DNA of 14,961 bases from Caedimonas varicaedens (GTDB taxonomy: Bacteria > Pseudomonadota > Alphaproteobacteria > Caedimonadales > Caedimonadaceae): the NCBI GenBank assembly GCA_001192655.1, contig BBVC01000006.1:1-14961 (forward strand). The letters run 5' to 3'. The notes under the pieces were generated by a model that saw only the letters and a program-made list of their open reading frames with translations, did no database searches and was not told where the DNA came from. The position numbers were made by a program, and so were the translations under genes. Below are positions 8,126 to 14,961 of this stretch, piece after piece. Position 1 is the first letter of the stretch; each line of letters begins with the position of its first letter.

Positions 8126-9671
8126 CTGTCACTCTCCCGAAAGATTGAGGGCCCAGCGCTTTGACAGGACCAAGACGTATATATTTAATCATAAGTTTAA
8201 GGTCTACAATTAAAAGCACTGTATAAAAGGTTATGAAAGCAAGAAAAGTTGTCCAGACAGCCGAAGCCTGAATGTCTGTCGCGGACAAAAACGTTGGCAA
8301 AACGCCATCAACTGTCCAGGGTTGACGACCATGTTCGGCCACAATCCAACCTAACTCAGCCGCAATCCAGGGAAAGGGCAAGCTCAGAACAGCCATTTTT
8401 TGAAACCAGCGGCTTTTCTCAAGTCGATCGCGGGAAGCCAGGATAAAAGCGATAGTAAAAAAGAGAATAAAATAAAGCCCAAACCCCACCATCAAACGAA
8501 ATGACCAAAAAAGACAGAAAACATTAGGGACAAGATCCTGTGCTGCCTGTTCTATTTCGTGAATTGAAGCCCTTTGAGGGTAGGCTGTGTATTTTTTGAG
8601 AAGAAGGCCATACCCTAAATCATTTTGATGCTGCTGAAAAAGATGCCATGTTTCCTTATCCAAGCGGTTTTTTCTCAATTTCTCAAGCGCGCCATAGGCT
8701 ATAGCCCCATTTTTAATACGAACCTTCCCGTGCCTTACAAGTTCTTGAATTCCAGGCATTTGTTGAGAAAGAGAACGTGTCGCAATCAAACCTAGAACCC
8801 AGGGAACTTTTATTTCATAATAAGTTTTTTGAGCCTTAACATCAGGCCATCCAAAAATAGCCAAACCAGCTGGGGCAGGCTCAGTTTGCCACATAGCTTC
8901 AATAGCAGCGATTTTCATTTTCTGATGTTCCGTCATGGTATAACCGCTCTCGTCTCCCAGAACAACCACGGAAAGAGCAGAAGCCAAACCAAAACTGGCT
9001 GCCACAACCATTGATCTTTTAGCAAAAGCCATATAGCGTCCCCGAAGCATGTAAAAAGCGCTAATTCCCATAACGAAAATAGCCCCTGTCACATAGCCGG
9101 CACTGACCGTATGAACGAACTTTGATTGGGCAACAGGATTAAAAAAAACATCGTAAAAGGACGTCATCTCCATCCGCATGGTTTCCGGATTAAAATGTGA
9201 TCCTATGGGGTTTTGCATCCAGGCATTGGCAATTAAAATCCAAAGAGCCGAAAGATTGCTGCCAATCGCAACCAGCCATGTGACGATCAGATGTTGTAAT
9301 TTGGACAGTCGATTCCAGCCAAAAAAGAAAAGCCCCACAAAAGTGGCTTCCAAGAAAAAGGCGATCAGTCCTTCCATTGCCAAAAGAGAACCAAAAACAT
9401 CCCCCACATAATGGGAATAATAAGCCCAGTTCATGCCAAACTGAAATTCAAGAGGGACACCGGTGGCGACTCCCATCGCAAAATTGATGCCAAATAAAAT
9501 GCCCCAAAATCTGGTCATATCTCGCCAGATCTCTTTATTCGTCATGACATATACGCTCTCCATGATGGCAATGATAAGAGATAACCCCAATGTGAGCGGC
9601 ACAAATAAAAAATGGTAAAGGGCTGTCATACCAAATTGCAAACGTGAAAGTTCGAGCGCTGAAAGATCCAT
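8112..9671 (-). CDS. cydA: Cytochrome bd ubiquinol oxidase subunit I
   Basis: LSRLQFGMTALYHFLFVPLTLGL at the N-terminus and the conserved GWIVAEHGRQPW motif. The 519 aa length matches the long Q-loop bd-I type. Confidence 0.95.
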   Translation of the reverse strand: MDLSALELSRLQFGMTALYHFLFVPLTLGLSLIIAIMESVYVMTNKEIWRDMTRFWGILFGINFAMGVATGVPLEFQFGMNWAYYSHYVGDVFGSLLAMEGLIAFFLEATFVGLFFFGWNRLSKLQHLIVTWLVAIGSNLSALWILIANAWMQNPIGSHFNPETMRMEMTSFYDVFFNPVAQSKFVHTVSAGYVTGAIFVMGISAFYMLRGRYMAFAKRSMVVAASFGLASALSVVVLGDESGYTMTEHQKMKIAAIEAMWQTEPAPAGLAIFGWPDVKAQKTYYEIKVPWVLGLIATRSLSQQMPGIQELVRHGKVRIKNGAIAYGALEKLRKNRLDKETWHLFQQHQNDLGYGLLLKKYTAYPQRASIHEIEQAAQDLVPNVFCLFWSFRLMVGFGLYFILFFTIAFILASRDRLEKSRWFQKMAVLSLPFPWIAAELGWIVAEHGRQPWTVDGVLPTFLSATDIQASAVWTTFLAFITFYTVLLIVDLKLMIKYIRLGPVKALGPQSFGRVTDAGL

Positions 9672-9674
9672 TTT

Positions 9675-9854
9675 CTACCTTTCTTTGGAAAAGAAATGTG
9701 TTTCAAAAGCCTGTTGTTTATCGACGGGAGAGGACGTTTTTTGAAACATTAGGAACACATACAATAAGGCAAGGATAGCAATCTTTAGCAATATCACAAG
9801 AGTAATATCTTGTCCGAAAGATGAGCGAGAAAAAAGAAACATCTTTTTTGACAT
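9675..9854 (-). CDS. Small single-TM protein upstream of cydA (CydP-like candidate)
   Basis: Manual translation gives MSKKMFLFSRSSFGQDITLVILLKIAILALLYVFLMFQKTSSPVDKQQAFETHFFSKER (59 aa). The stop lies 3 nt before the cydA ATG. It has one hydrophobic helix (LVILLKIAILALLYVFLMF). Position and architecture resemble the putative small subunit CydP. No clear Shine-Dalgarno sequence is present. Confidence 0.4.
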   Translation of the reverse strand: MSKKMFLFSRSSFGQDITLVILLKIAILALLYVFLMFQKTSSPVDKQQAFETHFFSKER

Positions 9855-9967
9855 TTGTTAAGAGTGATTTTACTGATGTCATTTTCTTATTATTTTCTAC
9901 ATTTTTCCCATAAAAAACAAAATCTGTAAATACTCTTCTTTAATTTGAGATGTTGAGAAAATGTCAA

Positions 9968-10233
9968 AGCAGGTGTGAAATAAAAACTTGAACGATTAAT
10001 CCCCAATAACAACGTTTTCTGTCGGATGCTCAAATAATTGTTATTCTCACTTTGTGCAACCGCCCGATATTTCTCTAACGGTTTCTGCCCAACGCTCGAC
10101 CTAAAAAATCACTCTCAACTTTGAGATGTCCAACGGTTGCATGAAGCTTAGCACGCTCATTCTCTGGTAAATACACATCAGAAACGCCCTGCTCAAAAAT
10201 AATAGGTTCTGTGAAGTTTTCTATCTGAGCCAT
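9968..10233 (-). pseudogene. IS3-family element remnant: 3' end of orfA plus 5' end of orfB
   Basis: The orfA tail is ...IFEQGVSDVYLPENERAKLHATVGHLKVESDFLGRALGRNR*, the leucine-zipper end typical of IS3 OrfA (LHAKIGQLTVENDFL pattern). In the -1 frame EKYRAVAQSENNNYLSIRQKTLLLGINRSSFYFTP matches the OrfB N-terminus (LSIRRQC.LLGISRSSFYY.P). There is no HTH part of orfA and no DDE domain. Confidence 0.65.
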
Positions 10234-10708
10234 ATGAGAGTTCCCACAAAATGAAAGAAATCCAAGCAAGCAGGAAGAAGCTGTTTTATCAAATCTTGAA
10301 AAAACTCTCCTGAAGTTTTTGATTTTTCCGAAGAAACATTCGATGAGGTGTCATTCTTTATAGATATGTTCATTATAATTTCGGGGATGTTTCAGAAATA
10401 CATCCCCTTTTCACAAGTTCCTATGCAAAAACGTTACGATCGTAACCTTTATCTGCAATAACCATGTCTTGGATTAAGGCAAGTGCTTGAGTGATTTCAT
10501 GACGTTTCTCAGGCGTTAAGATAAATTTCAGGGAATTCCCTAAAGCATCCACCAGGGCATGAATTTTGGTCGTCAATCCGCCTTTGCTCCGTCCCAGAGC
10601 TTTCTTTTCCTGACTGTTCTTTCGATATCTGACAGAACAGGCATGGGCGTAAACAATAGTCGCGTCTATCATCACCCCCTCAAGATCCGACTCTTGAATA
10701 CCGTCAAA
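10234..10708 (-). pseudogene. IS5-family (IS427/IS1031-like) transposase remnant, C-terminal half, degraded
   Basis: Readable segments are LFDGIQESDLEGVMIDATIVYAH...ALGRSKGGLTTKIHALVDALGNSLKFILTPEKRHEITQA...IADKGYDRNVFA*ELVKRGCI..., then a frameshift, then KHPRNYNEHIYKE*HLIECFFGKIKNFRRVFSRFDKTASS.LGFLSF. There are two in-frame stops and at least one frameshift. The N-terminal half is missing. Confidence 0.8.
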
Positions 10709-10765
10709 GAGATAGAGTTAAGAAATTACACCTTTTTTTATCGCTTTAAATTTCGTTTACACAAC

Positions 10766-11047
10766 CTAGTTGTATAGTCCTGCGGTGTGTTGGAAAGGAT
10801 TGATGGTAAATTTTTGCGGTTGAATTTGCCACTTTTTTACAATGTATTCATGAGAAGTTAAACCCTTGAGAGTTTTGAGCCGCTTTGCAAAATTATAGGC
10901 ACTCACGAAGTCATAGAGATGCTGTTTCAGGTGTTGGTGGGTCTGATAATAATACTTCTTCACAGTCGCCTCTTTAAGTGTCCGGGTCATGCGTTCGACC
11001 TGTCCATTTGTCCAAGTATGGCTCACTTTTGTTAAACGATGCTCATA
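10766..11047 (-). pseudogene. IS481-family transposase remnant (C-terminal ~90 aa only)
   Basis: YEHRLTKVSHTWTNGQVERMTRTLKEATVKKYYYQTHQHLKQHLYDFVSAYNFAKRLKTLKGLTSHEYIVKKWQIQPQKFTINPFQHTAGLYN matches the conserved integrase-core tail of alphaproteobacterial IS481 transposases (HPWTNGQVERMNRT.K.ATV...YNFA.RLKTL.G.TP.E.I). The frame is closed by TGA at 11048-11050. Confidence 0.8.
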
Positions 11048-11111
11048 TCAACTATCCATGGTCACTTTTGCTCTTATTTATAGAGAACCTATACACTTAT
11101 ACATAATGCAC

Positions 11112-11140
11112 TTGACAATTTTGATTTTTCTCCTTATACT
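11112..11140 (+). promoter_or_regulatory. Near-consensus sigma70-type promoter (TTGACA-N17-TATACT)
   Basis: TTGACA at 11112-11117, an exact 17-bp spacer, and TATACT at 11135-11140. It faces the MFS gene 138 bp downstream. Confidence 0.45.
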
Positions 11141-11189
11141 ATTTCAGTTATGAAAAATAAATTCTACTCAATTTTTATTTCTTCGATTA

Positions 11190-11212
11190 TTATTGGCGCA
11201 AGCCGCCAATAA
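11190..11212 (+). other. Leader hairpin (9-bp perfect stem TTATTGGCG / CGCCAATAA, 5-nt loop)
   Basis: Read directly. It overlaps the last codons and stop of a 20-codon mini-ORF (11150-11212) and is followed by T-rich sequence without a contiguous U-tract. Confidence 0.3.
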
Positions 11213-11277
11213 CTCTTTATCTATTTCCCTTATTTGTTATTTTAGTTTTTTTCCTCAAGTTTTAGAGAGACGATAAG

Positions 11278-12531
11278 ATGTCATCCTTACGTGTAAAATC
11301 CTTGCCCTGGGTTATGTGGGCTTTACCTCTAACATTTTTTGCCTATCAGTTTATTTTGCGGTTGTGGCCAAGTTTGCTAATGACTCAAATTATGCAGCAA
11401 TTCTCTATTGATGCGACAGCGTTTGGCTTTCTTTCCGCCATGTATTATTTTGGTTATGCAGGAATGCAAATTCCCATAGCTCTTCTTCTTGAGCGCTTTG
11501 GCGTCAGGTGGGTTGTTTCTGGTTGTGCGTTGCTTTGCGGTTTTGCGGTTTTTTTATTCACTTTTACCGAGCATTGGCTTCTGGCGCTTATGGGGCGTTT
11601 TTTAATCGGTATGGGATCGGCCGCAGGTTTTCTGGGAACATCAAAAGCTATTTCCCTATGGTTTCCCTCGGCACGATATGCGCGTCTTGTGGGATTGACC
11701 TTTTCATTAGGGCTATTGGGAGCTGTCTATGGGGGGAAGCCTGTCAGTTTGCTGATTGAAAATCTGGGATGGAAGAGTGTTGCCCTGCTGATTTCGGGTT
11801 TTGGTATAGGGTTGGGATTTCTTCTTTTGGTAGGCTTTAAAGCTCCGCAAGGTCTGTGTGACACAGTCCCTCAAGCCATAAAAATAAGTGATTTGAAGAA
11901 GGTGATTGGCTCTTCTTCCATGGTTTTACTGAGTATTGCAAACCTTCTGATGGTCGGAGCTCTAGAAGGATTTGCGGATGTCTGGGGCGTTAATTATTTG
12001 ATGGAAGCCCATCAATTTTCCCAGGGTGACTGTGCAGGTCTTGTTTCTTTTATTTTCATTGGCATGCTTTTTGGCGGCCCCTTGCTCGCTTTTTTGAGTG
12101 AACGTTTTGGTGTTTACCAGGTCATCATCGCGTGCAGTTTGGGAATGTCTTTTCTCTTTTTTCTGATGCTGACGGGAAGGAATTTTTTGGATAACCATAT
12201 GTTAAAGGCGATCTTTTTTACCATAGGTATTTTTTGTTGTTATCAAGTCTTGGTTTTTTCGGCAGGATCAAAACTGATGGTGCCCCAGCTTTTAGGGATT
12301 ACCATTGCTTTTTTGAATTGCGTCAATATGCTGGGCGGATCATTTTTCCATACAGTGGTGGGTTCCCTGATGGATATTTGTTGGGAAGGTGGAGTATTGA
12401 ACGGCATCCGGGTCTATAGCCACACATCGTATTTTTGGGCGCTTATGGCTATTCCTGTTTGCTCTCTTTTAGGGGGGATTCTTGTTTTTATTCTTTATTG
12501 TAAAGAGAAGAAACAGAAAAGCTTGTCTTGA
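11278..12531 (+). CDS. MFS transporter
   Basis: 417 aa with about 12 hydrophobic segments. The MFS loop 2-3 style motif is present (GYAGMQIPIALLLERFGVRWV). GAGAGA lies upstream of the ATG. Confidence 0.85.
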   Translation: MSSLRVKSLPWVMWALPLTFFAYQFILRLWPSLLMTQIMQQFSIDATAFGFLSAMYYFGYAGMQIPIALLLERFGVRWVVSGCALLCGFAVFLFTFTEHWLLALMGRFLIGMGSAAGFLGTSKAISLWFPSARYARLVGLTFSLGLLGAVYGGKPVSLLIENLGWKSVALLISGFGIGLGFLLLVGFKAPQGLCDTVPQAIKISDLKKVIGSSSMVLLSIANLLMVGALEGFADVWGVNYLMEAHQFSQGDCAGLVSFIFIGMLFGGPLLAFLSERFGVYQVIIACSLGMSFLFFLMLTGRNFLDNHMLKAIFFTIGIFCCYQVLVFSAGSKLMVPQLLGITIAFLNCVNMLGGSFFHTVVGSLMDICWEGGVLNGIRVYSHTSYFWALMAIPVCSLLGGILVFILYCKEKKQKSLS

Positions 12532-12558
12532 GACGAAACTCTCCTTAAACTGGGCGTT

Positions 12559-13743
12559 ATGACTCAGAAGCCGCTTCAATGTGATGTTTTGATTGTGGGA
12601 GGGGGGCCTGTGGGCGGAGTGCTTGCAGGGCTTCTGACTACTCTTCCTCTGCGTGTTGTTGTCGTTGATTTTCTTGCGCCTGAAAAAGCACTGGATAAAA
12701 ATCAGGATGGCAGGACGACGGCTGTCTCTTGGGGATCATCGCTGATCATGGAGAAAACAGGGTTGTGGGCTCAGCTTCTTCCCCATACCACGCCTATTGA
12801 GGAAATTCGGGTTTCCCAAGCTCTGACCTCAGGATTCCTTCATTTCAATCAGGAAGATGCCGACGGACATCCTATGGGATTTATCCTGGACAATTGGCGG
12901 CTTCGGCAAGCGCTTTACACGATGATGGAAGAGCGAGAAAATATCACATTGATTGCTCCTGCTTCTGTTAAAAGCCTGGAATGTGATGCCTCACAGGGGC
13001 AAGCAGAGCTGACCAACGGCCAGCTTATCCAGTTCCGGTTGATTGTAGGTGCCGATGGACGCCTTTCTCAGATTCGCGAGAGCATGGGTATTAAAGCTTA
13101 TACAGCTCGTTATGATCAAACAGCGATTGTCACGTCTGTCCAGCATGAGCAGCCCCATCATTGTAGAGCCTTTGAGCATTTCCTGCCGACGGGCCCGCTG
13201 GCTTTTTTACCTGTTAAAACCCATCAGTCTTCTGTGGTCTGGAGCCTTCAAAATAAATGGATTTCCGCCATGGAATCTCTTTCACAGGAAGAGTTTGCCC
13301 AAGAACTTGAGCGTCGTTTTCCTTATTTGGGGAAGATAGAGCTAATATCAAAACGCTGGCATTATCCCCTTGTCATGACACTTCCGCGACGGATGACGAC
13401 CGAACGTTGTGTGTTGATGGGGGATGCCGCTCATGCGATCCATCCCATCGCAGGGCAGGGAGCCAATTTGGGCTTTCGGGATGCCGAGATTTTATCAGGT
13501 CTTGTGCAGAACAGCGCCAGACTGGGGCTGGATATAGGAGAGGAAACTCTTTTAAAGCGCTATCAAAGACAGCGCGTTCGGGATATTGTCTCAATGACGT
13601 GCATGACAGATAGCCTTGTTCGCCTTTTTTCCCGCTCTTCACAGAGCTTGGCTTTTGTCCGGGGGCAGGGAATGTCATGGATGAATGCGATAGCGCCGCT
13701 GCGCAGACGATTAACCCGTCATGCCATGGGCCTTGGTTTATAA
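12559..13743 (+). CDS. UbiH/UbiF/VisC/COQ6-family FAD-dependent ubiquinone biosynthesis hydroxylase
   Basis: DVLIVGGGPVGG dinucleotide-binding motif, IVGADG, and GDAAHAIHPIAGQGANLGFRDA. Length is 394 aa. Confidence 0.9.
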   Translation: MTQKPLQCDVLIVGGGPVGGVLAGLLTTLPLRVVVVDFLAPEKALDKNQDGRTTAVSWGSSLIMEKTGLWAQLLPHTTPIEEIRVSQALTSGFLHFNQEDADGHPMGFILDNWRLRQALYTMMEERENITLIAPASVKSLECDASQGQAELTNGQLIQFRLIVGADGRLSQIRESMGIKAYTARYDQTAIVTSVQHEQPHHCRAFEHFLPTGPLAFLPVKTHQSSVVWSLQNKWISAMESLSQEEFAQELERRFPYLGKIELISKRWHYPLVMTLPRRMTTERCVLMGDAAHAIHPIAGQGANLGFRDAEILSGLVQNSARLGLDIGEETLLKRYQRQRVRDIVSMTCMTDSLVRLFSRSSQSLAFVRGQGMSWMNAIAPLRRRLTRHAMGLGL

Positions 13744-13766
13744 AAGTATAGAATGAAGAGAGATAC

Positions 13767-14222
13767 ATGATTACAACTGTTTCTGCTATTGTCGTCACCC
13801 TTCCCCATGCGGAAGGATTAGAGCTACCTCAGTATGCAACGCCTGAAAGCGCTGGCGCCGATCTTATGGCGGCGATTGATCAGCCGTTGACTCTGAATTC
13901 TGGAGAGCGTTTCCTTGTTCCCACGGGACTGGCTCTTGAATTACCCAAGGGATATGAGGCGCAAATTCGTCCGCGTTCGGGATTAGCGTTCAAGCACGGG
14001 ATAACCGTGCTGAATGCGCCTGGTACCATTGATTCCGATTATCGTGGAGAACTGAAGGTCTTGCTGATCAATCACGGGTCAGAGCCTTTTAGGGTTGAGC
14101 GCGGGATGAAAATTGCCCAGCTTGTTCTGGCGCCTGTGATGCATGCACAATGGCATGAACGTGACGATCTGACATCCACCACTTTGCGAGGGGTTAATGG
14201 CTTCGGGTCGACGGGATATTAG
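13767..14222 (+). CDS. dut: dUTP diphosphatase
   Basis: [32 protein letters not shown] and a C-terminal [11 protein letters not shown]. Length is 151 aa. Confidence 0.95.
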   Translation: MITTVSAIVVTLPHAEGLELPQYATPESAGADLMAAIDQPLTLNSGERFLVPTGLALELPKGYEAQIRPRSGLAFKHGITVLNAPGTIDSDYRGELKVLLINHGSEPFRVERGMKIAQLVLAPVMHAQWHERDDLTSTTLRGVNGFGSTGY

Positions 14223-14238
14223 GCGGGAAAATCAAGTC

Positions 14239-14712
14239 ATGCGGGTATTTCTCCTCTTTTTAGCTTTGTTTTTTTTGGGACATAGTGTTTTTGCAGGAAA
14301 AGATCTGCCGTTGCCTCGATTTGTTTCTCTCAGGTCTGGCGAAGTGAATTTGCGCGTGGGACCGGGTTCTGAATATCCCATAGAGTGGATTTTAAAATAC
14401 GAGAAAATGCCGGTGGAAATTATCAGGGAATTCGGCGTCTGGCGAAAGATTCGCGATTTTGAGGGTATTGAAGGATGGGTGCATCAAAGCATGCTGTCGG
14501 GCGCACGGACAGTGATGGTGTTGGAAGATCTGGTGATTCTCAGGAAAAAGCCTGAAAATGAAGCATCAGGTTTGGCTAAAGTTCCCGCAGGCGTCGTGGG
14601 AAAATTGCTTGAGTGCAAGGACGAATGGTGTCGTCTTCAGGCAGAGGGCTATAAAGGCTGGTTGCCGCGCACCAAAATCTGGGGCGTCTATCCTGCTGAA
14701 TTCAGGAAATAG
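14239..14712 (+). CDS. Secreted SH3b-like domain protein (COG3807/DUF1058 type)
   Basis: From ATG 14239 the protein starts with a clean signal peptide, MRVFLLFLALFFLGHSVFAG. PLPRFVSLRSGEVNLRVGPGSEYPIEW...WRKIRDFEGIEGWVHQSML follows, with a second SH3-like half. The ORF-track start at 14197 overlaps dut by 26 nt and adds a charged, non-signal extension, so I prefer the internal ATG. Confidence 0.75.
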   Translation: MRVFLLFLALFFLGHSVFAGKDLPLPRFVSLRSGEVNLRVGPGSEYPIEWILKYEKMPVEIIREFGVWRKIRDFEGIEGWVHQSMLSGARTVMVLEDLVILRKKPENEASGLAKVPAGVVGKLLECKDEWCRLQAEGYKGWLPRTKIWGVYPAEFRK

Positions 14713-14736
14713 TCGCTCTCTCTCTTCTTAAATTAA

Positions 14737-14789
14737 TAACAATCTATAACTTGTTATAATAGAATCTATAAACAAGTTATAGATTGTTA
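14737..14789. repeat. Perfect 19-bp inverted repeat (TAACAATCTATAACTTGTT ... AACAAGTTATAGATTGTTA) with 15-bp spacer
   Basis: Read directly: 14737-14755 is the reverse complement of 14771-14789. A TATAAT hexamer (14755-14760) sits at the left arm/spacer junction. The right arm ends 2 nt before a small ORF ATG at 14792. Confidence 0.9.
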
Positions 14790-14961
14790 AAATGAAAAAT
14801 CTTCAGTTACGCCAGCTTGATCGACAATTAAAAAAATTGAGAGAATCTTTTATAATGTTAGCGCCGGAGGTAAAATGATACAGATCATCGGTTGAATTTT
14901 GATACACCCACGCATTAACTCCTTTTCAAAGGAGTTTAGGAATAATGATTCAGTGGGAACA

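Noticed and set aside
10003-10046. 8-bp inverted repeat AATAACAA ... TTGTTATT separated by 28 bp, considered as an IS terminal repeat or operator.
   Set aside because: It lies within the region that translates as the IS3 OrfB N-terminus. It is short and AT-rich, so I have no independent support for a function.
10383-10406. 8-bp stem hairpin GGGGATGT-N8-ACATCCCC, which looked like a terminator or small inserted palindromic element.
   Set aside because: It falls inside sequence that still translates as the IS5-family transposase (..ELVKRGCISETSP.. / ..KHPRNYNEHIYKE..) and has no U-tract. It is most simply a coincidence within dead coding sequence.
14197-14238. The longer ORF-track start for the SH3b protein, overlapping dut by 26 nt.
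   Set aside because: The extension [14 protein letters not shown] is charged and precedes an obvious signal peptide beginning at Met 14239, so the internal ATG is the more plausible start.
1-14961. A scan for tRNA, rRNA, CRISPR arrays and known riboswitches in the intergenic regions 174-240, 2424-2483, 3741-3980, 9855-10075, 11048-11277 and 14713-14961.
   Set aside because: I found no T-loop or acceptor-like motifs and no regularly spaced direct repeats. The only tandem repeat is the 15-bp duplication in tssG. The 60-bp gap before lysC is too short for an L-box. Nothing could be supported by eye.

Overview
The window reads as ordinary chromosome from a moderately AT-rich proteobacterium. The LysC, CydAB, UbiH-family, Dut and SH3b proteins look alphaproteobacterial, and the IS load suggests a host-associated lineage; both points are inference. 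Contents from left to right:

- **1-173 (-):** 5' end of an IS630-family transposase gene, running off the window.
- **241-2423 (+):** an orphan type VI secretion baseplate pair. tssF has lost roughly its N-terminal third next to the IS, and tssG is intact apart from an in-frame 15-bp tandem duplication.
- **2484-3740 (+):** aspartate kinase (lysC).
- **3981-6851 (+):** a four-gene operon. A YerC/YecD (TrpR-like) regulator is start/stop-coupled to a COG2984/COG4120/COG1101-type ABC importer.
- **6857-9854 (-):** a cytochrome bd oxidase operon. It includes two small ORFs below the ORF-track size cut-off: cydX (38 aa) and a CydP-like upstream ORF (59 aa).
- **9968-11047 (-):** three dead IS fragments on one strand (IS3, IS5 and IS481 families).
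- **11278-14712 (+):** an MFS transporter, a UbiH/COQ6-family hydroxylase, dUTPase and a secreted SH3b-domain protein.
- **14713-14961:** an AT-rich tail with a perfect 19-bp inverted repeat and tiny ORFs.

I found no tRNA, rRNA or CRISPR array, and no coherent multi-gene system that looks novel. The items most worth follow-up are the TrpR-like/ABC coupling, the IS-eroded T6SS remnant, the IS-derived DNA directly upstream of the cyd operon, and the leader and palindrome structures at 11.1 kb and 14.74 kb. All family assignments come from reading motifs by eye; no searches or statistics were run.
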